Notes: a model not told the origin generated them from the sequence alone. Positions 1-8,944 are shown, numbered from the stretch's first letter. The stretch is 21,540 nucleotides of DNA from Planctomycetota bacterium (GCA_027001995.1 JALTLO010000051.1:1-21540), one strand, 5' to 3'. A program made the numbers and translations.

Positions 1-486
1 ATCTCTACCCACCAGGTGGGCTGCTACATGGCGGTGGTAGTATTGTGTGCGCTTTCCTGAGAGCGTATCAGTTTCACGTTTCAAGCAGCCATTGCAGCAT
101 CGAAGATAGCTTGTGTGGCTTTCATGGTCATCTATCACCAAGGTTACTTGACCGTGAGCCAATGGCGCAAAACCCTTGTTTCGTTTCAGCTGTCCAAACA
201 CGGAAACAAACGTTTTCCGGATTTCGTCGCTATCGACGAAAAACATGACTCGGCTAATGGTATCGACACTGGGCGCGTTGCTGCCAAGCCAGCGACGAGC
301 TGATTGACTCAGTCTTGTTTGCTCAAAGGCATGCAGGCTCCCTAAGCGCGTTTGCAGCATCAAATATGCGCTGCGAACGACACGGCCAATGGGGAAGACT
401 GGATCTTTGCGGCCGTCCGAAAAAGATTCGAATTGGTCGCTCAGTTTCCAGAGCTTCTCTACTGATGCAAGAAGCCGAGAGAGAAT
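1..486 (-). mobile_element. DDE transposase (IS4-superfamily/ISNCY-like), N-terminal part; ORF continues beyond the left edge of the window
   Basis: Manual translation of the minus frame, open from 543 to 1: ILSRLLASVEKLWKLSDQFESFSDGRKDPVFPIGRVVRSAYLMLQTRLGSLHAFEQ...APSVDTISRV...QLKRNKG...TLVIDDHESHTSYLRCCNGCLKRE...QYYHRHVAAHLVGRD. The D-x-R, PS-x-DT, ID(G)HE, CCxxCL and YYHR pattern is typical of this transposase group. Not in the ORF track because the stop lies outside the window. Start uncertain (ATT at 486; first ATG at 360). Confidence 0.8.
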
Positions 487-500
487 GTCTTGACCTTCGG

Positions 501-605
501 TTAGCGCGCTTTGACGCGGTCCAGGTAGAGCAATCCAATCTCGTCAAGAAGTTGGCGAACCTCTTGGTAGTTTTCGACCCAGGCTAGGACTTCCTCCCGT
601 TTATC
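501..605 (-). pseudogene. 3' stub of a small IS-associated gene (DUF6788-like) upstream of the transposase
   Basis: The C-terminus of track ORF 501..800 (DKREEVLAWVENYQEVRQLLDEIGLLYLDRVKAR*) resembles the C-terminal helix of DUF6788-type proteins that precede such transposases. The more N-terminal part of that ORF is the antisense of the IS66 fragment. Confidence 0.55.
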
Positions 606-758
606 GCCTCCTGCGCAGCGGACGAAATTAATCCATTCGAGTACTTGAGAGATGTCTTGAAAAAGGCACCTAAAATGAGCGCTGATGAGGCCAGCGCCCT
701 GACTCCTCGGAACTGGAAGGCAGCAAGAGACGCCGCCACCACTCCTGACTCCGTCTGA
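600..758 (+). mobile_element. IS66-family transposase C-terminal fragment (remnant)
   Basis: Frame 588-758 reads FIASCAADEINPFEYLRDVLKKAPKMSADEASALTPRNWKAARDAATTPDSV*, matching the IS66 TnpC C-terminal pattern (IxSC...NPxxYLxDVL...LxPxNW). No start codon; in-frame TAG at 585-587 just upstream. Confidence 0.8.
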
Positions 759-1035
759 AGGACTGAGCCGACTCACTGCCTCCCCCCAACAACTCATCAA
801 ATTGACGGCTATTGGGCTAACAGGCAGGCCATAGGATGGAAGAGATCCTTACTCTTTTCGCAAGCGGTGGCGTAATCAACTCTGAGGGAAAACGAAAGGG
901 CAAACTATGGGTCGCTTACCCTGGAGTTGAGGATGACACGAGGGCGAAGGTCGATTCTGTTGTCGTAGACGTGCCTTCTGCACGAATCTCCAACGTCGGC
1001 GTAGACGCCGAGAGGTATTGAACGCTCTTGCATTG

Positions 1036-2436
1036 CTATCGCAGAGACAAGGTCTCCGCCAAGGCTCGCAAATGGCATGACTTCGAACCGAAGGCCGTAA
1101 GGACTGCCAAGTCTTCAGGGATAAACGCCAAGTCAACAGGGCTCCGAAGAAGCACAACCACCAAATCACCCTGGTGATTCGCAGCTTGCAACATGAGGCG
1201 ATCCAGCTCCTCTTTGTCCCCAGCCAAATTGCAAGCCAGAAAGATCCGACCGCACTTTTGCGGAGAACGATCAACAGGAAGGTAGGAAGAAAACTCTTCT
1301 GACAATCTGGGGTTGGAACACCGACAAAGATGCCAGTGGATTTCCCCCAGCCTTTCCCCCACGTTCTGAGGATCTCGAAGAAAAGTAACGCCAGCCCTGG
1401 CGACAGATTGTGCCAATTCTTGATGTTTCTCGCTGTCTATTTGATCAAGAGTTGGTTTGTCTGGGCGATAGAGAGAGATGATTCTTGCAACCGCAGCTTC
1501 ATGCTCATCTCGGCTGAGTCGGCCATCGCTCAAAGCCTCACTCAGAGCAAGAGCTGCTTCTCTTTGCAAGTCGTGACGATGACAAATGACCATGAGGTCA
1601 TGGCCCGCCATTGCTGCTTTCACAACGGATTCTCCCATAGAACCCAACTCCGCGGCCCCCCCCATTTCCAGGTCATCTGTCATGATGCAACCACCAAATG
1701 ACATTTTCTCTCTCAAGTATTCATTCACCAGGATAGGGGAGGATGTTGCCATGTTGACAGCATCGATTTGGGGTAGGCAAACATGAGTCGTCATCACTGC
1801 CAAAGGAAAGCCATCTTCTTCCAAGACATCGGCAAAGATCTTCATGTGGGGCTCTATCATATCTTCAGCCTTGGCATGAATCACTGGCAAACCAACATGG
1901 GGGTCAACCACTGCCAAGCCAAGCCCAGGAAAATGCTTCAAGCAAGCCGAGCACCCTCCTTGACCAAGACCACGAACTGTAGCTCGCGCCAAGGCAACCA
2001 CACGACTTTGATCAGAGCCAAATGACCGAAAGCCAACAATCGGGTTATCATCCCCCACCTGAAGATCCACAACCGGGGCTAAGACCAGATCAATTCCGCA
2101 AGCAGACATTTCTTGCGCCAAAGCTCGCCCCACTTCTTCCCCAGTCTTCTCATGGGAGCCAGCACCCAAAGTCATATTGCCAGGAAAAACAGTTACACCC
2201 TTTTCCAAGCGCAAGACGCTCCCGCCTTCCTGATCCATGGCAATGACCAAGGGCCAGTCGACCAACGACCGAATTGAGTCTGTGAGACGACGTGTTTGCT
2301 GAGCGTCAAGAACGTTTCGGGCAAAGAGAATGACACTCCTGGCTCCCGTTTCAATCAAGGTCTCAGCGAGATCGGGATTCACCGAGGTGCCGCTAAAACC
2401 AATCATCAAACGGGCTCCTCCCTTAAGTTCGCTCAT
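1036..2436 (-). CDS. nagZ: GH3 beta-N-acetylhexosaminidase (NagZ-like), probably cytoplasmic, with a short C-terminal domain
   Basis: Motifs ILFARN, DQEGGSVLR, LAPVVD, RSFG, KHFPGLG-x4-DPH (NagZ signature KH(F/I)PG(H/L)G-x4-D(S/T)H) and MTDDLEM (nucleophile Asp). No signal peptide seen. ATG overlaps the upstream gene's TGA (ATGA). Confidence 0.88.
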   Translation of the reverse strand: MSELKGGARLMIGFSGTSVNPDLAETLIETGARSVILFARNVLDAQQTRRLTDSIRSLVDWPLVIAMDQEGGSVLRLEKGVTVFPGNMTLGAGSHEKTGEEVGRALAQEMSACGIDLVLAPVVDLQVGDDNPIVGFRSFGSDQSRVVALARATVRGLGQGGCSACLKHFPGLGLAVVDPHVGLPVIHAKAEDMIEPHMKIFADVLEEDGFPLAVMTTHVCLPQIDAVNMATSSPILVNEYLREKMSFGGCIMTDDLEMGGAAELGSMGESVVKAAMAGHDLMVICHRHDLQREAALALSEALSDGRLSRDEHEAAVARIISLYRPDKPTLDQIDSEKHQELAQSVARAGVTFLRDPQNVGERLGEIHWHLCRCSNPRLSEEFSSYLPVDRSPQKCGRIFLACNLAGDKEELDRLMLQAANHQGDLVVVLLRSPVDLAFIPEDLAVLTAFGSKSCHLRALAETLSLR

Positions 2437-3977
2437 CTTTGCCCGGCCTTCTTAGGAGGAAAGCTCGTAGCGATGGCAAATGCCACAAGGGTCCCGAAAA
2501 CAGAGTTCCATGTCCAAGCAAATGGTGCTTGATGGAGGTCAAACAACTCCTGGCTGAAGCGTGACGCCAAGATGGCAGAAATGGTGACGACGATGGCAAG
2601 GACATTGCCCAAGTCTCGCCCCCTCTTGGTGAGCACCCCACACAGAAACACCCCCAACAAGGCCGGAAACACCCAAGTGAGAACCTCAAGTCCAAACCGC
2701 AGGACTCCAAAACCTTGATCCGCGTCCCCGGCCACTGTGCTTGTGTAGACAATCCAAGCAATGCCACTGAGTAAGATGCCGAATCCAAAAGAAAAACGAC
2801 GTCCCACCCGAAGCAACTGAGCGTCTTTGGCATCAGGCTCCACGAAGGGCTGCCAAATACAGGTCACAGCAGTTGAAGACAATGCAGAGATGGCTGAATC
2901 GAGACTCGACATAGCGGCAGCACAAATACCGGCAATGATCAGCCCCTTCACTCCCACAGGAAGTGTCGTCAGAACAAACCAGGGAAAGATATAATCATAG
3001 CCCTTAGCCGGGCTGGATTCCCCGGCGTCCAAGGCAATCTCTGCTGCGAGAGATGCGGCTCCGGCGTCACCCCCGACCCGGCACCAAAGAGCCGAGCCAA
3101 CAGAAAGAAAGACCACAACGATAGGAACACTCATGGCCGCTGACAGCCAAAAACTCCGGCGGCCTTCTTGAGCTGTCTTGCACGTCAAGGCTCGCTGCAT
3201 CATGTCTTGATCCGTGCCCATCATCGCCGTGGTGAGAAACATGGTCCCCATGACACCAGCCCAAAAACTAAAGCCGTTGCTCAAGTCAAAGCCGAAATCG
3301 AATACGCGCAGTTTATCAGAACCGCTCGTCGTCTGAGCAGAAGACAATTCAGAAATCATCTCTGTCAGGCTTCCATCGAATCCCAAGACAAGGGCGATGA
3401 GAGCCACAATGCCCCCTCCAAAAAGCAAGACTCCTTGAATTGCGTCGGTGTAGATGACTGAACGGATACCTCCAACGATGGTGTACGCGAAGGCTAAAAT
3501 CGCGATCATGGCGATGGCAACTTTGAAGTCCAGCCCTAAGACAACGACTAAAGCGATAGCAGCACCATAGAGCCGCACACCACTTCCCAAGGAACGCCCG
3601 ACAAAGAACAAGCAGGCAGCCAACGTTCGTGAAGCTGTACCAAAACGAGTTTCTAAGTAACCATAAACCGTGAACACCTCCGCCCGGTAATAAGCCGGAA
3701 TCAGGATACGGGCCACAATCAGCTTGCCGAGAATAGCGCCCAGCGCGAATTGCAAGTAGCGCCAATCTCCACGTAAGCTCTGGGTCGGTACGCTGATGAA
3801 TGTGAGAGCACTGGTTTCCGTAGCCAAAAGAGAAAGCCCAGCTAACCACCAAGCAATACGTTTTGAACCTAAGAAATAGTCATGAGTGGTGGACTGCTTT
3901 CGCCCCACAACAAATCCAATCGTCGCCACCACGACCAGGTAAGCCACGACAATCAGAATATCAACGGTGTGCATCAT
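2433..3977 (-). CDS. Sodium:solute symporter (SSS/SLC5 family)
   Basis: Highly hydrophobic, with DYFLG, ATETSALTF, YLETRFG, YTIVGGIRSVIYTD, GTDQDMMQR and AAAMSSLDS motifs. Start placed at ATG 3977 (ATGA overlap with the upstream stop) rather than the track's 3995. Confidence 0.92.
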   Translation of the reverse strand: MMHTVDILIVVAYLVVVATIGFVVGRKQSTTHDYFLGSKRIAWWLAGLSLLATETSALTFISVPTQSLRGDWRYLQFALGAILGKLIVARILIPAYYRAEVFTVYGYLETRFGTASRTLAACLFFVGRSLGSGVRLYGAAIALVVVLGLDFKVAIAMIAILAFAYTIVGGIRSVIYTDAIQGVLLFGGGIVALIALVLGFDGSLTEMISELSSAQTTSGSDKLRVFDFGFDLSNGFSFWAGVMGTMFLTTAMMGTDQDMMQRALTCKTAQEGRRSFWLSAAMSVPIVVVFLSVGSALWCRVGGDAGAASLAAEIALDAGESSPAKGYDYIFPWFVLTTLPVGVKGLIIAGICAAAMSSLDSAISALSSTAVTCIWQPFVEPDAKDAQLLRVGRRFSFGFGILLSGIAWIVYTSTVAGDADQGFGVLRFGLEVLTWVFPALLGVFLCGVLTKRGRDLGNVLAIVVTISAILASRFSQELFDLHQAPFAWTWNSVFGTLVAFAIATSFPPKKAGQR

Positions 3978-5269
3978 GGGAGGAGGTGGGCCCAATCAGG
4001 GGTCAATGATCCTTGGTGAGCAATGATCGCCCGCTTGAATTCTGGGGGCAATTGCAACGCGTCAAAGTCCTCAGTGAAGTCTGCCTCGAGAACCGTTGGC
4101 AAGAATTTCTTGAGGGCCCCACTAAACACCCGAGAAGAATCGTTGGCCAGTTCAGTTGGCAGAATCTCCACCGCCATGACCAACAGTCCTTTCCCGAGAA
4201 ATCCATCTGTCATGGTTCTTGAATCAGGATGGTAGACAAAACAAGGGTGGTCTGGGTAGGTCGCTTTGAGTGTGACCTCGATACCACCTTCTAGGTCACA
4301 AGAAACATCGCCGATGACCTGAAGACGTGGCATCTCGCTTCTCTCAAAGATAGAAGCGATTGCGTCCTTGGAAATAATCTTGGGATAACGCGCATCCCAA
4401 AAGTGCCCAGTCACCATCATAGTAATATTGTCTAAGTGATCCTCAAAGGCAGACTCATACCCCTCAGGGTTTTGGCGAAAGTCTTCTCGATGAAACTTCC
4501 CCCCGTCTTGACGACGATAAAGATGTTCTTCGTCGAAAACGACGAGGTGAATTCGGTGAGGATTTTTGTGAGCGACGCCACCCTCCAATTCAGAGACCGA
4601 GAGCTCAAGAGGATTCAAGGCGGCTAAGACTTCCCGGGCTCCCGCCGCCACATTGCCAGTGCCAGTAATTCCACAGACAAATGGTTGAAGAAAATCTGGC
4701 ATACCATCCGAGTCAATTGTGGCCCGAACCTTCCGAACCTCTTCTAAGCCTTCTGACAGATTTTCATAGAAACGCGCTTGCTTGAGACTTGAGAATGGCG
4801 AATTCAGTCCATGTACCGCAAGCCTTTGACCCAAGGCCCAAAGAGTATTGAGCATACCTGCTTGTCCAGCTTGGCGACCAAAGAAAACGAGGCGATTGCC
4901 GTTGTCGTTCTTGACCAACTCATAATCAAGCAAGGTACACTTGAGCTCGAGGATTTTTCGCAACAAAGGAATATTGTATTCCTGTCCTTTGATCGTGTGA
5001 GAAAAGAACAAGTGAGGCTTTCCTGGGTGTAATTTATCCATAGGCATTTCCTTAATGCCAATGAAGAAATCGCAAGAAGAAAGATCATCCGTGAGCTTGG
5101 CGCCAGCGTTTTCGTAAGTGCTGTTGTCAAACACACGATAGGGAGAAGGCTCAACGGAAAACTCCAAAGATGATTGGGCCATCAGATCTGCCACATCCAT
5201 GGGAGTAATCGGGGCTCGACGCTCACAAGCGGTCTTCCACTCTCTAACAATGCCAATCATTTTCGACAC
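3974..5269 (-). CDS. Lysine-ketoglutarate reductase/saccharopine dehydrogenase-like protein (AlaDh/PNT superfamily, stand-alone LKR-type domain)
   Basis: Motifs GIVRE..ERRAPITP, GIKEMP, FFSHTIKGQ, DYE, RLVFFGRQAG, TGTGNVAAGA, DVSCD and MAVEILPTEL..DSS..F. GTG start with GGAG upstream. Confidence 0.85.
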   Translation of the reverse strand: MSKMIGIVREWKTACERRAPITPMDVADLMAQSSLEFSVEPSPYRVFDNSTYENAGAKLTDDLSSCDFFIGIKEMPMDKLHPGKPHLFFSHTIKGQEYNIPLLRKILELKCTLLDYELVKNDNGNRLVFFGRQAGQAGMLNTLWALGQRLAVHGLNSPFSSLKQARFYENLSEGLEEVRKVRATIDSDGMPDFLQPFVCGITGTGNVAAGAREVLAALNPLELSVSELEGGVAHKNPHRIHLVVFDEEHLYRRQDGGKFHREDFRQNPEGYESAFEDHLDNITMMVTGHFWDARYPKIISKDAIASIFERSEMPRLQVIGDVSCDLEGGIEVTLKATYPDHPCFVYHPDSRTMTDGFLGKGLLVMAVEILPTELANDSSRVFSGALKKFLPTVLEADFTEDFDALQLPPEFKRAIIAHQGSLTPDWAHLLP

Positions 5270-5316
5270 GAAACCACTCCAGGATAAGGACTTGCTACAT
5301 TGCGTTCTTATTCATC

Positions 5317-5343
5317 TTCAGACAGAGGAGATTCTGTCGATAA
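5317..5343 (+). promoter_or_regulatory. Putative sigma28 (FliA)-type promoter
   Basis: GTCGATAA at 5336-5343 matches GCCGATAA at 7 of 8 positions. TTCA at 5317-5320 sits at the canonical 15-bp spacing but is a weak match to TAAA. The downstream gene resembles flagellar-associated small proteins. Confidence 0.5.
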
Positions 5344-5350
5344 GTTAGAC

Positions 5351-5554
5351 ATGGAGATCATAAGCATTGGACACCAGGGCTTTCAACAAGCCCAGCGCCG
5401 CGCATCGGCTCAGGCTGAGAAACTGGTCAAAAACGGTCCAGAAATCGACAATATCATCGGACTGAAGGCTGCCGAGCAAGAAGCCGCCATTGCAGCCAAA
5501 GTCATCAAAGTTGGGCGGGACATAGAAGACAGCCTCTTGGACATTCTGGCTTAG
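5351..5554 (+). CDS. Small protein resembling flagellar basal-body rod/hook C-terminal-domain proteins (67 aa)
   Basis: MEIISIGHQGFQQAQRRASAQAEKLV...AAKVIKVGRDIEDSLLDILA*. The N-terminal 'IGxxGFQxAQ' and C-terminal 'AKVIK...SLLDILA' patterns are typical of these small proteins. ATG 5351 preferred over the track's TTG at 5300. Confidence 0.7.
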   Translation: MEIISIGHQGFQQAQRRASAQAEKLVKNGPEIDNIIGLKAAEQEAAIAAKVIKVGRDIEDSLLDILA

Positions 5555-5582
5555 CCAGACCCTGGTGTTCAAGGATCCGTGG

Positions 5583-8500
5583 TTAAGGCCCCCGTCTGGC
5601 TTTGATACGAAGGGGCTCCAATACTCTCTTATTCGCTCCCCGGCCTACGTCAACTGCGATAACGAAGGAGTCCCCCGCTGTTGGCGGTACAAGCAAGGGG
5701 ACGGCTAACACCATTGATTCCCCAGGCTGAATCCCGGTCAACGGAAAAATGAGGCCCATAGGGAATCCGATGGAATCGCCTTTGCCATCAAGCAATTCGG
5801 CTCCCAAATATTCCGTTCCTAAAGCCATGCCCCCCACCATAGGGGCACTTTCTTTGAATAAGGTGACGCGCACCAACAAAGGAATCACCCCACTCTCACC
5901 TTCCTTGGGCCCTTGCCCTGGAAGAAGTTCAATTCTTCCCAGACACTTGCGACGAGGACTTCTCGCAATCGCCAAAAGGCGATCGACGATGAGTCTCTCT
6001 TGCGCTCCCTCTTTGTCACCTTTCACAAAAAAGTCGGCCATCGGCAAAAGATCTGTCCGCTTTCCCCAAGCATTGGCAAGAATAGAAGCGTCCAATACTA
6101 AGCCATAATCCAGAAGCCCGGATTGGGCCATTTTCTCAATTCCTTGCTGAAGCAAGGTGAAACACTGAGCAATCGTCTCCTTCTTACCATTAAAAAGATG
6201 CTTCGCCCGAAGCGCCAATCTCTCAGCCTCAATGGCGTTTTCTTGCCAGGAAGAGAATCGAGCGTCATTGGCAATGGCTTTCAAGGCCAGATTGCGTAGA
6301 CCTTGGTCAGGAGAACAAAGGACTCGCCGTAGAATCGGCGAGGACAACTCAAAAGGAAAAAACTTGCTCACTTGAACTGCCGCCGCTGTTTGCTCGGAAC
6401 TCATAGACCCCAAACCAATCCTTGTGTAAAGGGCCGGAAGAAAATCATTGTCCCCGATGCGAACCAAGACTTGGGCAACAAGGGTATCCAAATCAACATC
6501 GTTTCCCGGCCCACTAAAGATCTGGTGAAGAGCCGGAGACAATTCCACGTCACCGCAGACCCGTCGGGCCAGAAAAGGAAGAATCCTATGGGGGCCGGTA
6601 AACTCAGGCATCACCAATGGGATCTCAGCCAAATCGGTGTCTTCCCCGGCAATAGCCAAGAACACCCGAGCCTCATTGCGAGTTGCAACATCGCTGCTCT
6701 CAACCCGCAGTTTGAGTGCCGCCAACCCCGACTCGATCTTGTGTGTAGCCGTGTAAATTCCCGCTGCCAAACGAATAGAGGTGTCATGGTGATTTACTAT
6801 GGACGGTAAAATGGATTCAATGTCCCCATCCCCTTGCCTCAAATGCTTCCGAAACTTCTTGAAATCTTGCGGTCCCAAAGTTCCCTTCTTGAGCTTAAGG
6901 AGCAGACTCTCCATGGATCCCTGGCGAGATGATTCATGAACGCTGCCAGCGTAAAAGCGAAATGTAGATAGCGCCAACCCCATGCGCGCCACTTCTTGAG
7001 GTTCCAATAGTGCGATGTCTCTTTGTTCACTCGGGTCAACCTTAAGGTCGTAGAGTTCAAATAGATCAAGCCTTCGATCATGGATCAGCTTGTAGCGTCC
7101 GTCGCGAATAGCGTCGAGATTCCCATTCACAAACTGAGGCCAGCGAAATTGAGCGAAACAGAATCCTGAAGGCCACATCGATCTGGGTTGGTCGAGAAGA
7201 ATGGGGACCAAAGAATGCCCGCGATCATCAGATTCTCGGGGTAGACCCACGATCTCACGAATGGTTGAGGGCAAATCAATAAGTTCTACGGGCGTTGAGC
7301 AAGATCCAGGTTTGATACCCTCACCAACAAAAGCGAAAGGAACATGAATCTGCTCTTCGTAAAGACTGGAGTTATGGCCAACACCCCCATGATCCTGAAA
7401 CTCCTCGCCATGGTCGGAGTGAACGATCAAGAGAGGATTCGACAGTTCTTTGTCCACAAAATCGATGAAAAGCCCCAGGCTGGCATCAGCAAATTCAACT
7501 TCCCGATCATAGCGTTGACGAAGAGTCGCATCCTCGCCCAAACCATCTCGGTCAGTTGGCGGACCATGGGGATCAAACAGATGAAGCCACAGAAAAATCG
7601 GTCGATCATCTTGAGGACGATCCCGAAAGGCTGCCATAGCCCTCTCGATGACACGGGGGGACTTCCTTAAGCGATCACCTGAGTCATTGACAAAACTAAC
7701 GAAGCCCCGTTCGAGATGTTTTCTGTCGAGGGCAAAGAGGTTCTTGGGAAACGACGTTAAGGCATAGGTCAGAAAGCCCTTTTCCTTCAAAGATTGTGGC
7801 AGGTTGGCTCCTTGAGACTCAGGTTCTTCATTCTTCAAACTCACGGAGGTGGGATACTGGCCAGCCAAAAAGGAAGCAACCGCATAGCGCGTCGAGGGGA
7901 ATTGACTCCAAGCGTTCTCGAAAGATCGTCCTCGAGCCAACAGCGCATCCAAGTTGGGCGTCGAAGCCTGACCGCCGTGGGCCGACAATGCGTCATAGCG
8001 CAGGGTGTCAACGGTGATCAAAATGACATCCTGACGACGACGCCTCGGCATCAAACGATCAAGAATCTCTACCCGAGTGGACCGGTGATTGTTTAGTCTT
8101 CGTAAGAGATCTTCATCGATCGGAGAGTCTTCTTGAGCCTCTTCCTCACTGAGTACCCAGACACCCAGGGAAGGGCTCAGCCGCCCGGTCCTGAGTACCA
8201 AAGCGCGCATCTCGGGCGAAACAAAAGAAACAACGCCACTTGCAGCGAGTGCGAGGAGGAGAATGCCCAAAACCAAGTGGGTAACTCCCAGGCCAACTCT
8301 ACCCCGCTTCCCCCAAGGCAAAAAACCGAGCCCACCAAAAAGGACACCGAAAAATGCTAAGAGATGATGAGCTGCCAAGTACTTTCTGACCAAGAAAGGT
8401 CGTTCATCGAGCCAAAAGCAAAAAAAGGCGAACAGCAACAACAGAAGACTCAAAAGGCGGCGTCCCGTGGTTGCCTGTGCCCAGCAAAGGCTCAAACCAC

Positions 8501-8903
8501 CACCGAGGTAAAGCCCCACTCCGAGGGCCACCAACACCCCCAGCCGGGCCCAAGAGCTCCAGGCTTGCTGAGCAATCCAATCGCCCTCGAAGAGCTCGTA
8601 GACCCAAGGCTGACTAATCAAGAGAATCGCCATAAGGGGCAAGACGAGAGCCAAGTTTCGTCGTTTGCGCCCCACAACTTGTCCGACAACCAGAAAAGCC
8701 AGACAGATGGTCTGAGACACCGCGCCCACAACCAAAGCCATGCCCAAGAACACAGCCAAGTTTCTTGCAGAGAATGAACCTGATGAAAAAAGGCTCCATG
8801 ACTCGACGGCAATCCAGGTAAGACTGACACCCAAGCCAAAAGTTGCCGCCGAGGGAAACAGGCCGGAATTCTTCAAGACCAAATTGTGGGAATCGCTTGT
8901 CAT
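5583..8903 (-). CDS. Large membrane protein: multi-TM N-terminus, sulfatase-like (alkaline phosphatase superfamily) domain, helical region and beta-rich C-terminal domain; paralog 1
   Basis: About 7 hydrophobic segments in the first ~230 aa. Motifs DVILITVDTLRYD, WSQFPSTRYAVASFLAGQYP, FLWLHLFDPHGP, HSDHGEEFQDHGGVGHNSSLYEEQIHVP and ELYDLKVDPSEQ. Confidence 0.88.
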   Translation of the reverse strand: MTSDSHNLVLKNSGLFPSAATFGLGVSLTWIAVESWSLFSSGSFSARNLAVFLGMALVVGAVSQTICLAFLVVGQVVGRKRRNLALVLPLMAILLISQPWVYELFEGDWIAQQAWSSWARLGVLVALGVGLYLGGGLSLCWAQATTGRRLLSLLLLLFAFFCFWLDERPFLVRKYLAAHHLLAFFGVLFGGLGFLPWGKRGRVGLGVTHLVLGILLLALAASGVVSFVSPEMRALVLRTGRLSPSLGVWVLSEEEAQEDSPIDEDLLRRLNNHRSTRVEILDRLMPRRRRQDVILITVDTLRYDALSAHGGQASTPNLDALLARGRSFENAWSQFPSTRYAVASFLAGQYPTSVSLKNEEPESQGANLPQSLKEKGFLTYALTSFPKNLFALDRKHLERGFVSFVNDSGDRLRKSPRVIERAMAAFRDRPQDDRPIFLWLHLFDPHGPPTDRDGLGEDATLRQRYDREVEFADASLGLFIDFVDKELSNPLLIVHSDHGEEFQDHGGVGHNSSLYEEQIHVPFAFVGEGIKPGSCSTPVELIDLPSTIREIVGLPRESDDRGHSLVPILLDQPRSMWPSGFCFAQFRWPQFVNGNLDAIRDGRYKLIHDRRLDLFELYDLKVDPSEQRDIALLEPQEVARMGLALSTFRFYAGSVHESSRQGSMESLLLKLKKGTLGPQDFKKFRKHLRQGDGDIESILPSIVNHHDTSIRLAAGIYTATHKIESGLAALKLRVESSDVATRNEARVFLAIAGEDTDLAEIPLVMPEFTGPHRILPFLARRVCGDVELSPALHQIFSGPGNDVDLDTLVAQVLVRIGDNDFLPALYTRIGLGSMSSEQTAAAVQVSKFFPFELSSPILRRVLCSPDQGLRNLALKAIANDARFSSWQENAIEAERLALRAKHLFNGKKETIAQCFTLLQQGIEKMAQSGLLDYGLVLDASILANAWGKRTDLLPMADFFVKGDKEGAQERLIVDRLLAIARSPRRKCLGRIELLPGQGPKEGESGVIPLLVRVTLFKESAPMVGGMALGTEYLGAELLDGKGDSIGFPMGLIFPLTGIQPGESMVLAVPLLVPPTAGDSFVIAVDVGRGANKRVLEPLRIKARRGP

Positions 8904-8944
8904 GATGATTTGTCTTATGGCAAATAATGGTCAGGTGTGCACAC

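Noticed and set aside
761..919. Possible IS66 right terminal inverted repeat: GCCGACTCAC (767-776) or GGTCGCTTAC (910-919)
   Set aside because: Both only partly resemble IS66 ends (...CGCTTAC). The other end and a target duplication are absent, so neither can be chosen.
836..1021. 61-aa plus-strand ORF between the IS debris and nagZ
   Set aside because: No recognisable motif and no properly spaced RBS; may be a fragment or spurious.
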